The notes under the pieces are model-generated. The model was not told where the DNA came from. It saw only the letters and a program-made list of their open reading frames with translations, and ran no database searches. A stretch of DNA of 64,000 nucleotides from Yuukianura sp. NJ FZ-2021. Taxonomy: Eukaryota. Positions within the stretch are counted from its first letter, which is position 1. Each line of letters opens with the position of its first letter. Of this stretch, positions 1 through 11,361 are shown piece after piece. The stretch lies in the NCBI GenBank assembly GCA_046563655.1, contig CM102283.1, positions 8,556,001 through 8,620,000 on the forward strand, given 5' to 3'. Made by a program: the position numbers and the translations under genes.

Positions 1-51
1 TATTTTTGTGATTTGTTAAAAAGTGCTTTGATTTGTGATTTTCTTTAAGTT

Positions 52-2191
52 CTAGTGAGAAGAGCAGGGCAATTGAGTGTATCGAAGGCAGAATCCGACT
101 TGTTCCGTTTCTTTCTTGGTGTATTCGTCGTCATCAAAGCATACTCGGATTGTAAATGGTTTCGTGTGACTCTCGACTGGACATGGGGCCTTGGCTTTCT
201 TGTCCAACGAGCAGAACATTGTCCCGCAGAAACGATTGGCACACGGAACACCTTTCTTCTTACCAGATTGGATCTGAAACGAAAGTTGAATTTTCAAAAT
301 CAGAAAAACGTTTTTTAAACGTTTGGTCAAGTTTTTCAGAGATCTATTGTTATTTACTTTGTTTCCATCGGTGGTTCCGCATGGTATGAGAACGTGATCA
401 GCTGATCCAGCTTTTTTCGGATTCAAACAGTCGTGGTCCGTTTGAGCTTTTTCTGGGAAAATTCAAAAACGATTTACGAGATTAGTTTGGATTTTATGAA
501 ATTTCAATTGAAATTTTGAAATTAAAGCTACTCACTGTCGTCTCTGGAGATACGGAACGTTCCTTTTTCGGGGTCACATTCCTCGTACTTGATTGCGCAG
601 AAGCCGGCTTCCATGCGGACGCAGATCGTGTACCATTGGTTGGCTAAATGTTGGTTCCAACCATCAAAGTTAAACGATTTAAGAACTCCTGATACACCGT
701 AGTGGTACTGCAGACATCCATCCGGTGCTCTGTCACAACATCGCACTTGAGTAATCTGAAAACGTTTTAAAAAACGTTGTTAAAACGTCTCAATTTTGGT
801 CATTTTGAACTAAAACCACAAAATTTTGATTTGAGCGATACCTTGATGTCCCATCCAGGATCTTTGTGGTATCCAGACGTTGTTATGGTCAGAGTGATTG
901 GACCGTAGTTGTGTCCTCCAAGGTCAATGTACACTAGAGGTCAAGGTCAAGTTTAATTTAGCTACAGATTTATATTGAATACCGCAATTAATTCAAGATC
1001 TTACTGTGCTGTCCAGTATTTTTTCCGCAGATGACTGGTGGACTGTAGGCAGATCCTGTGATGAGGAATGCGTCTTTGTTGCATTGTCCAGAATTTGGAT
1101 CCGGAGGTCCAAGGTCAAAGTGCAAAAAGTCCAACCGAAGTTGACATACGTCGTAGCCCCCTTTGTATACTTGCAGTTGACAGTTCATGACTGGACCACT
1201 GTGTTGAGCATAACCTCTGGCTTCTCGGGGACTCGTGAAGTACGTACAGTTTTCTTTCGTACTCTGACCGCAAGTTCTGGCAACTAAGGTAAAAAAAAGT
1301 TTAGATTTTCATAATTTTTGAAATTTTGAAACTTTAAAATTTTGGAAGTTTGAGCTTACAGACGCAGCAGACTCCAAATCCAGTTGCGCATGCTCCGGAC
1401 GGCGTCCCGCCACGTTCTCGACATTCTCTAGAAGTGTAGCAAACGCCTGCTCGTAGAGCATCTCCTGTCCAACAAGCGTCGTTTGGAAATTTGACGATAG
1501 TGAAGATATTTAAAACTGAAAATCAAAATTCTAAATAAGTAAAATTTCAAAAAAAAAAATAGTAAAGTAAGCCAAGTAATTTTGTTTTCATAATTTGCAG
1601 TTGCGAAACAGGCATGTAACATAGCGGATCATGTTGAATTTGCCCTCGTTTATGAAACACAACACACCGATTTTCCTGTTTGACAACTTTTTTGCAAAGA
1701 AATTTTTCCAAATTACGGGAATTTGCAGAAAAGAGTCCAACCCACACTCCTCCTCAGAAACAGGATTTTCTCGCTTACATCATTTTCCAGGTCAAATCCG
1801 GCCATTCAAACTCAGTTTCAAACTCGTAACTTTTTGTGTCACAAAATTTTTAGTTGTAAAATTCAGATTTTTCAAAATCATTGCAAATTTTGCTCTCTTT
1901 TTTCAGAATCTTTGCTATGAACGTAGCAGAATTTGTGATTTCGTGAAAATTATTCAAGAATAGCTTACGTTTCTCTGCTCTGGAAGTTCCGTTAGATGGA
2001 GCTACTGCGTTTGCGCTAATTGGCTGAATCACTTGTGCAGACGAACTGTCATTGGTGGGTTTGGGTGCTGCATATTCAATGATATGCGGAGATGCTGCAT
2101 AATCTGAAATCGTTGGTTCAGAAAGTATTGGAGATTCCGCTGCCGCTAAAACGATTGACCCCAGGAGAAAAATGGCCCTTGACAAGCCCAT
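52..2191 (-). CDS. Secreted CUB-domain protein of the arthropod-expanded family (about 6 exons)
   Basis: Signal peptide MGLSRAIFLLGSIVLAAA (ATG 2191). Exon ~1360-1516 reads IFTIVKFPNDACWTG...GVCYTSRECRERGGTPSGACATGFGVCC. CUB-like exons follow: CQLRLDFLHFDLGPPD...PPVICGKNTGQH and APDGCLQYHYGVSGVLKSFNF...YTICVRMEAGFCAIKY. Ends GFCLRYTQLPCSSH* at 52. GT-AG introns. Confidence 0.9.
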
Positions 2192-2938
2192 TTCTGCAAA
2201 CTTTGCAGAAATCTTGTGCAGAATTGCGGAATTCTGCACTTGAAGCAGGTACGTTGTTTATCCTTGGACTCGAAGGAACAGACTGACCTCACTGAATCCG
2301 CTCCCACCATTTTACAGTGGAGTGCCAATGTGGGATTTTAGGTGGGACTGAAACTGGTTCTGAGAAATGGGTCACTCTGACACCATAGTCGAGGTCAACC
2401 TGCCCTCTGGACTTCCGCCATCATCACTCAATTACATCTTACATATTATAACATAACATCTTATGTTATTCTAAACAAATGCTATCATGTATCATGTAAG
2501 ATGTATCATGTAAGTGCTCAGAATCACCATCCCTATAACATAGTACTTGGGAATGTCACATTGTGACGTGATTGGTCCCATTGTACTTGAATTAAAAAGT
2601 AGATTAATGGAATATTGACCTAATTGACCACAATACTTGACTGGTGTATCCAAGATGCTTGTGTATTCTTATAGGACGTCCATGTTCTATAGCGATGCTG
2701 GTTCAAGTTGCTCTGATTTGTGGTTACTATAGAACTTGGCGTCCTCCAAAAACCTAACCATACTATATCGATCCGGATCTCCAAAAGCGCTTTCATTTCA
2801 AACACAAACACAAATCTTACACTTAGCATTAGCACCGAATTTTCAGAATTTACAGATCACTTTCACCTGAACTTAATTACTAATTGAATGTAAACTGTAA
2901 CGTGACATACGGTTTTAGCCAAGTTGCTAAGTGTCATC

Positions 2939-3364
2939 ATGGTGTCTGTCGAAGATTCTCCAATGGCTGCTCCACTAAAGGATCCAGTCGTTGTTCACTT
3001 CAATCCTCGTAAGAACAAAACATAACAAAAACAATGAATATAATAAATTTATAATAAAAATAAAATAATTAATTGAAAAACAAATTAACAATTTCGGTTT
3101 CTAGCTGACGACGAGTTTAATATCTGGATGTATGCAATGATACTGGTCGGTTGTGCTTTCGTCCTGTTCGTGGTTGGTGGCGTATACGTCATTTGGTAAC
3201 GTTTTCAACTCGTTCTTTTTTGGTCATGATTTTCAAAATTTTGATTTTGAAATTTTGAAATTTTAAACAGCAAAAGTCCACAGACCAATGAACCAACGAC
3301 TCCCGTCAGACGCATGCCAACGATGCGGGGTCGGCAGGGCGGAAGGACCAAGGAGAGGCTTTAA
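2939..3364 (+). CDS. 84-aa single-pass membrane microprotein, 3 exons (2939-3008, 3105-3195, 3271-3364)
   Basis: The GT-AG introns have compatible phases and the exons total 255 nt. Product: MVSVEDSPMAAPLKDPVVVHFNPPDDEFNIWMYAMILVGCAFVLFVVGGVYVICKSPQTNEPTTPVRRMPTMRGRQGGRTKERL*. It has one hydrophobic helix followed by a basic tail. Confidence 0.75.
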
Positions 3365-3741
3365 CAAAAAGCAGTAGTGGCTGGACATCGCTCTTTCAAA
3401 AATTTCTGTTTTTCAAAAACGAAATTTAACTCATCGTCATTTTCAAATTTAGTGTATAAAGTGCAAATGTAAGAGTGTTTTCTTTTTGAAAAAAGAGGTT
3501 AACGTGACCTTTAAAGTCAAACTGGTTGTGAAAAAAACAAAATTTCGGTTAGTAGAGTAACAGACACTTTGACAAATTGAAATTGGCAAAGTTCCAGATA
3601 CTAAAAACATTTTTTAGGATCTGGGTTTCTGGCAAATGAAGAGAAAACTAATCGTAAATACTCACATTTTAATTGTAACTTTTTGATTTTTTATTAAATG
3701 GTTTGATTGCTTTTTAATTTACTTTTTAAGATCAACTTACC

Positions 3742-6700
3742 TTAGTTTTCATTTTCCAAAATTATAGCAGTAAGTTCTGCTTCTTCACCAACATCTTCTC
3801 CAAAGTACTCCGGGATTTCAGTTTTTTCGGCGGGAAGTTCCGGTTCTTCGATTTTTTCTGCACTTCCGGTATGTTCAGCTTCAGTTTCAACTAGATTTTG
3901 TTCTTCGGCAGCATTTTGTTCGATTTCGACAAGATCTTGGCATAACACGGGAGGATCTGTTGTGATTTGGGTTGCGAGGAAAACATGCACTGTTTTGAAC
4001 GGCATTTCCAGAACTCCTGTCAAATCCTGCCGCAACTGGAAGAACAAAATTCAAAAAAGTTCAAGTAATTAATTACAATTCAATTAATTGAAGTTTCGTT
4101 GTAAATCGATTGATAATGTTAGTGTACTTCTCCCGGTTTTTGGAAGCGGAGTGTCACTTTGAAGCAAACTTCTGATTGAGGCGGGACATTCATATTTTCT
4201 GGCGCCACTTTCATGTTAACCGTCTCCGATTCCAGTCCGCCCATGCTCAGTTTGATTGGATATTTTGTAGAGTTGTAGAAAATTAATCGTTTTTTGACCT
4301 GCGTGAACGCCATTCCAGTGCATTTCAAAATCGGAGGATCAAAAAAGCACTGGAGCAGCACACTGCGGAGCCAAATGCTCAGTTCGGTGGTGGGGTCTGC
4401 CGTGATTGGTGGAATTTCGAGTGGTGGCGGTTCGAAATACGCTGGAAAAAGAAAGAAATGCAGTGAGTATCGAAATTTTGAAAAACGTTTTTTGAACGTT
4501 TTGTTTCTTGACTTGCCTGAAATCATGAATGGATTGACTTTCGGCGGTTCTTTTTGGATTTTAAGTTGTCGCTGAATCTCATGCTGGACTTCTCTGTCTG
4601 ACATTTTCTCGAGTGCTGCCAGAGATGCTTGACTGAACTGGGAGACGTGCAAGCACAAGCGAGATGAATAAGAACCAAGTAGAGTTGGACACACGATGTC
4701 CAGAGAACAGCTGACTTCTGCGCAGCCTTTTAGGAATCCTTGTTCTGGACTTATCATCAGCGGAATTCCTGGAATTACTTCAACTTCCGGCTTATCTTCT
4801 CCTTCAAATTCTGCCTCCAGTATACTTTTCTTCCCAAGTTGAACTTTCGATTGGTCGTAAAGCTCAGCAGCACTTAGTGGTTTTGATGTCGCTGAATGAT
4901 GGATCCATCTGAAATATACTGGAGTACAAGAGGAGTTGCTAATTTTCAGATTCTGTTTCATCGGTTCCTCGGCACACATGTCACCCAGGTCCAATGTCAT
5001 CTTCGGTCCATCGCAAGTCCAACCGTCACCCTAGTGAAACATAACAAAACGTTGTCATATCGTCAACTCTAATAAAAATTTCTGTGAATTCTGATTGGTT
5101 CTCACCTGAATCGTGAAGAGTTTGTGTCTCTTGGCTTCAATTCCAAGACCTTTGAGTATAATCCACCGTACTTCGCCGTTGTCACAGAGAAAACAAATCC
5201 TTTCATGGAAGAACTTTGCTTCCAAAGGACTAAATCTGACCGTGACCTTGATTTCTTGACCTCCCAGGAGTGAAAAGCAGGCTGGAGACAAGCGGAATGG
5301 TGGAATGTCGAGTTGACCAGGTTTGACAGCCTTTTTGGCCTCAGCTGGAGTGTTCGGTGGTGGATTGCCGTCGTCCGAGTAGTCCTCTCCAGCAGCATCG
5401 CCAGCACCAGCAGCAGCACAACGACCCTCAGTTGGTGATTGGTCAAGCGTATCTTGTTTGGTTTCATCGAGATTCAGCTCAACTTCATCGCTGTTGGTCG
5501 CTTCTTCATTGGTCTGATCAGAAGTAAGTTCCGCTGGAGAAATATTCGTCGCTTCAACTTCAACATTTGCTTGGAGTTCTTCTTGTTCTCCAGGAATTTC
5601 TTCACCGAGTTCTTCAATTTCGGGTTTTTCACATAAAACAGGTTCTTCCTCCACAGGCACAGGAGGGACCCCGAATCGCTGAAAAAACGAAACAAAAACG
5701 CAAAATTTAGGAAAAAAAAACGAAAAACCTCGACTATTTATTTTAGCTGCTCAATTTACCTCGTTCATGAATTCGGATTCAGGAAGTAGCCAAAATCTTC
5801 CAATACCGCCGTCATTCCTAATCCGGAACGAACGCACAAACGTGTCTCCGACAAAGCAGCATCCAAGTGAAAAGTCATCAATGTCCAGCAGCGGTGGATC
5901 TTGAAGTTGTGTAGAAATTGGAATGACGATAGCCCCGTCTCCCTCAACTCGAATTGTCAATTCATCCGTAATTTCCTGTTCACTCCTTGGTGTAAATTGA
6001 ACTAAAATGTGTCGGTGGAGTCCTGGTGGGACAGTATTGTTTTCTTTTAGTGTTGCAGCCCAGACGACCGTAAAAGATTTGTTAAATGGCGGAACAAGGC
6101 TGAGACGACGAGTAGTAACTCCTCTGTTTTGAATCCGAATCCAAGCAAACTCGTCCCAAACACCGGATTCATGTCGCTTGAAAACAATCGATGGTGGGCT
6201 GGCGAAGAAGTCTTTGGATGGCGCGAACGTTCGTTTTTTAGGAACAGGAGGTTCAAGGGTAACACAAAGTCCGCTGGAATTCAAAATTTTTAAAAATTAC
6301 AGCAACTGTTAATGATAAACTAAAGAAAATGGAAGATATTTGTTACCTGGGGGAAGCATCAACTCCAGTTTCAGACGGCACTGATGAACAGACGTCCCAG
6401 TCAGTGGTGCATGCTGGTGGCCATTCCCAGAACTTTGGCCATTGAAACTGAAACTGCTTCCGGGCTTCTTCTTGTTCCGATTGATGAGAGGGCTGGAACA
6501 AATCATAAAGTTTGAATATGATAACAATTTAAGATCACAATTTTATCAATAGTGATTCTGTATCTTACCAAACTTTGTTCCTTTGTTAACATAAACCGAC
6601 CAAGAGGATCTCTTCTCGTGTTTGATGTGACATTGGAACAAGTTTGACACGAAAAACTTGAAAGTGACCAAGATTTTCCGTTGTCACTTGACTCCTGACA

Positions 6701-6763
6701 GCCACTTCCCACTGATTTCGATCTCCCATATGACCAATTGTCAAGAATTTCCAAGCAATCCAT
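3742..6763 (-). CDS. DLEC1/CFAP81-like protein with ASH/Ig-like repeats (ciliary central-apparatus family), multi-exon
   Basis: Exon 5751-6274 reads FFASPPSIVF...IQNRGVTTRRLSLVPP...VPPGLHRHILVQFTP...PPLLDIDDFSLGCCFVGDTFVRSFRIRNDGGIGRFWLLP, resembling the DLEC1 N-terminal repeat. PFRLSPACFSLLGGQEIKVTVRFSP...ICFLCDNGEVR is also DLEC1-like. The start (6763) and the 3' end are less certain. Confidence 0.75.
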
Positions 6764-7159
6764 GATCGATTAACGTTCGTTCAACGTCTTCGACGAATTG
6801 TGAAAATTACATGTATTCCATTTTCTTTAGGTCATAAGAATTACGTATGAGTTTTAATTCTTAAACAAACAAATTTCATTTACACGTATAAGATACTTGT
6901 TGTTATGGTGATCAGCCTTAACACGGAAAATACTTTTTTATGCATTTACGGTACAAATATGAACATTATTGGTATTTCTTAACAACCATACAACTGTTTG
7001 CGTGATATTTCGACCCTGGTTTAACATAAAAATGTCGATGTCTACTGAATTACTACTGAAATTACATAAGTATAACTAGTAGTAGTAAGTAGTGTAATTT
7101 AGCTAACTATAGTGTGCGCAATTAGCTATTCAATTAAATAATCTGAGGGATTAGATTAC

Positions 7160-7907
7160 CTAGTTATGTTGGTCTTGAGCCTTGGGACGACACTTATGAG
7201 TCAAGAGAACTTGAGGCGAAGTGTACCACTTCTTGCACAATTTGCACTGTTCCGGAAACTCTCCCGTGTGAGCCATAAGATGATAATTGAGCAAACGTCG
7301 AGATGTTGCTGCTTTGGAGCAGAAAGCACATTCGTATTTATGTTTAGTGAGATGCGTGTCGAGCTGCGATTCCGTCTCAAATGCCTCCTTGCATTCAGCT
7401 CCGGTACACTTGAACGGCAGATCCTCTTGATTAGCCAAACGCTGTTCCTCTCTGGCATGTACTTTCAAATGTGTGTTTAAGTACTGAGTCCGTAGGAATT
7501 TTCGTCCACATTTGGGACATGGATAATTGACCTATACATCAAAAGATAACGATTCAAAATATCAATTCTAACTGGTTATCCCCTGCAATGCTTTTCGTTT
7601 CAATTCAATCACATGTTACCTCTCGGGTATGACCGTTGATATGATCCCTTAGAGTACTCGCTGCTGACAATTTCTTCTGGCAAATGTGACATGTAAAACT
7701 AGAGTTTGGAGAAGACGGAGATACTGGAATGCCAGTTACCCCATTTTCTACCATAGAATCGGCATCCGTATCAGCATTCGGTACTCCGACAAAGGCGAGG
7801 AAATGAGGATGAGACTTCGGAGCTTGTCGGGATGGCCGGTAGAACGAATTCTTCCTCCGTTTCTTGCCCTTCGTCGTTTTAGATCCGGGTGGTCGTCCTC
7901 TCGGCAT
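7160..7907 (-). CDS. C2H2 zinc-finger protein with N-terminal AT-hook (2 coding exons, ~7620-7907 and 7160-7531)
   Basis: MPRGRPPGSK AT-hook core (GRP). Fingers: CHICQKKLSAASTLRDHINGH, CPKCGRKFLRTQYLNTHLKVH, CTGAECKEAFETESQLDTHLTKH, CAFCSKAATSRRLLNYHLMAHTGE, and a final C2HC-type CKLC...HKC. Confidence 0.88.
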
Positions 7908-8395
7908 CCTGATTTTCTTAAGAGCTCGTTCAGGCAACGGTTACCGAATTCGGATACGCTGAAACCAACCGAAAAAAAATGTATCAATACCGATTAGCTG
8001 GCATTACTAGTATCAATGTGGTCAATTACCTCAAATTATACCAAATTGAAATTACCCTTGTCTTACCAAAACCTAAGCCGATGATACCGATGATGATGTA
8101 ATGATCAATCAATTGATGTTTGTTGTTTGTTATGGTTTATGTTTAATTCTAGCAAATGTCGTTTTCGCTCGCATGAGTGAGTTGGAGAAACGGCTACCTT
8201 CAACAACTCTCATCACCCAGATCCGATATGGGCACAAAATGTTAAGTTTTCATGAATGACTTTCACAAGTTAATCATTAAAATATTAAATATTTAATTGA
8301 GCAGGAGAAATTTAATTGACCGGAATGAATTTTTGGAATGTAGACATTACAATAGAATTTAAGTTCCAGTTTTGTGGGAATCCGATGTTCATTTT

Positions 8396-10181
8396 TCAGT
8401 GGTCTTTGACGACTTCAAACGTAAGACCACTGGAATGAAGACGAGGAATAATCGTAGTTTTTGAGAAAGCTGCCGCGGTTGTGTACACTCCGCCCCTGAG
8501 ATATTGTTCAATTAATTGTAATTTAACTTGCCAGTTTTTAAGTACAGAAAACAAACAAGCCAAGTACTTACTTGGATGGCATCTTATCCGCTTCTCTCAA
8601 AACTGTCAAGGCGGCTTGAATCAGGCAAACTACGGTGCATCCATAAGCAGGATTTCTTCCACGGAGCTACAAAAGACACCAATTGTGATTAAAGTAATCG
8701 ATTAAAGTGAACAAATTAATTCGATTTCTTATCATGATAGTACCTTCACAGTCATCGTCTTGTTTGGAGGATCTTGGTGCTGATCAGTAGATGGTTCGGC
8801 TAATGCTTCAGACCAACCACTTCCAACAATTGTCAGCGTAAAGTCAAAGTCTGCTTGTTCACGAGTCGGACCAACGTTGGAAAAGTAGCCAAGCGTAAAG
8901 AACCTCGGATGCTGCATTTCATTTCAGAAAAAAAAATTGAAGCACCGCTAGACAGCATATCATACTTGTAATCAGCGTACCTTGATGAGGATATTTCTCA
9001 AAAACTTGAACTGCGCCATTACACCAATCAAAATTATCCCAATCATCAAGAAAATTGCTTGGAAGAAGCCATCCTGCTTGCTGTATGTATTGACCTGGGA
9101 ATTGTCAGCATAAGTTTTGCAATTTACAGCATGATGTCATGATTGATTGATTCATAACACGACGTACCTGGACAGGACGCTTGTGTTCTTTTTGGAAAAG
9201 GTACCTCTCGGTACGTTCCAGTACGGCCTTGTCTGTTCCAAGAAATGGGGTAACCCATCCCTTTACAATTTCGTTATAGTGGACAATTGACCTGTTTTTT
9301 ATTGGGTACTTTGGTTCTGGGAGGGGATAAGAAAATAGCTTGGAACGAATTGGCCGAAGTTCTTTGATATTGGCGATTATTTCCAAAGCAGAAGCGAAAG
9401 TACCCAAATTCGTAGTAGATTTCTGAATGAAAAAAAAACGTTGCAAAAAAAATTATACCTAAGCATACATTTTACATTTGTAATTAAGCATTACACATAG
9501 ATTATTACATACCATGGCTCCTTTGCCAAATTCCATGTAAGTCTCCACTGAATTGAGTTCACCTGCAAAATGTAAACTTTTAGCCAAAAGTGACAACTGT
9601 GTCACGCCGATTACCTTTGAACTTCTCTTTGAGGTAAGTGATCCCCATGTCAGAGGGAATGGAGTCAAAGCCACAAGCACCGATGACATAGACACCTTTC
9701 TCTTCAGCGTCGTCGTGATACACAAGTTGCATCTTCTCTAAAAACTGAGGTTCACCGCTAATGTCAAGATGATGAGTACCTTCGGCAATACATGCCTTGA
9801 CGACTTGTTCTCCAAAAAAGATGTAAGGGCCAACACAGTTCAGTACGACTTTTGCCTGTCTGGCCATCCGGTGCAGACTGTCCTGATCTTCGACGTCAAC
9901 TTCCAAAATTTTGACCGTTGTAACATCGTAGCCTGTTTAAGTAAAAACCAAATTACTTTGGTCATTGATTGTATGAAATCGGATTCTTGAATTGTCATAC
10001 CAGTGAACTTTGACACGGCTTCAAGAACTTTCGAGAGCTTGGATTTTGATCGACCGGCTACGGCCCAAGTGAATTGCTCCACTTTCTTTTCATGTAGAAG
10101 TTTTGCTATCTCTTCAACTGCATGTTTCCCAGTAAATCCACTTCCGCCCAGCACCACAATATCATACTCTCGTGTTGTCAT
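8396..10181 (-). CDS. SCCPDH: Saccharopine dehydrogenase-like oxidoreductase, multi-exon
   Basis: MTTREYDIVVLGGSGFTGK Rossmann motif; WAVAGRSKSKL; VVLNCVGPYIFFGEQVVKACIAEGTHHLDISGEPQF; GACGFDSIPSDMG; C-terminal GGVYTTAAAFSKTTIIPRLHSSGLTFEVVKDH* (stop 8396-8398). Confidence 0.92.
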
Positions 10182-11361
10182 CGTTCCTTTGGTTGATTGA
10201 TCCTCGAATTCGAAACAGTAAATGATCTAGTAGACAAAAATAAAATTAAGCTTTAGTGAATCCAAATAGAAGTACTAGTTTCATTATCAAAAGTACTACG
10301 GATAAGATTACCAGACAAAAAAAATACGGATGATGATTGACTTACGTGCTGATTTCGCGTATGTCTATGTACTTTATTTATGCAGTATATAAAACCAGAA
10401 GCAAATTAATAATTAAGTGTTAGTGTTAATCAAGTGCAATACAAAGGAAGCGAAAAATGTCTCCGACATGTCGGAATGTCGCCACATTCGTACATAAGGG
10501 TTTCAAATTTTTAAATGATTTAAACTTTGGCGCCTTTCATTTACCGCACTTTTCCTATGTTTTGCCTCAACTGCCCACCGCTAATTCAACAATCTCTGGA
10601 CAATAACAATTACTTTAGCTTTAAATGTGATTTAAATATTTACCCGGTAGTTAATTACACTAAATTAAATTCAACTAATAATCCAATCCAACTATTTGTA
10701 GATAAGATAAACTTCCTGCTGCTGGGTGCAGTGGTAAACTCATCTGCTCTCACAACTGACCAAGTGTAAACTCTGTAAAGAGTTTGAATACCGTGGGAAT
10801 TTTCCTCAAGAATTTCCCACGTACGCCACCACTGCCTTTTACGTACGATATTACTTAAGACTTTCTTTAATTCGACTAAATTTTAATTCATAGTAAACAA
10901 AATACTTTATTTTGCAACAATTTAATTTTTATCTTTCATCTTTCCGGCAGATTTCAAAATTTCTTAGGAAATTCCTCAGTTTCGCAAAACAATTTGACCT
11001 ATACGCCACAGCTTATTGAGAAATACGAGGAAACCCGCCTTGAAATTTTTTGTGTACTAAAAAAACATGGTGCTCGAAATTGCTAGTAAAACACCAAACC
11101 CTTGAAATAAAATTTTTCTTTTCAAACTTTAGCGCGGATTGTAAGATAAAGGAAGTCATAAGAACGATATAAACAATTCTTCTTAATATCAGTTGATCAA
11201 TGGACTCTTTCACTGTAGTTTCAAGGATGACCATAACTTCAATGTTTTTATTGTTGGTAGTGTTGAATGGCTTTAAAATAGGATATTTTCTCTATGTTTT
11301 CCCATGAACTTGGAATGAGAAAGGGGGAGGGGCAAGTGTAGAAAGCGGGAAAAACTGTCTT

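Noticed and set aside
10792-10821. Head-to-head CGTGGGAA...TTCCCACG resembling a Su(H) paired site (SPS)
   Set aside because: The spacer is 14 nt, whereas canonical SPS spacing is 15-17 nt. It is part of a local inverted repeat far from Hey and more likely a repeat remnant.
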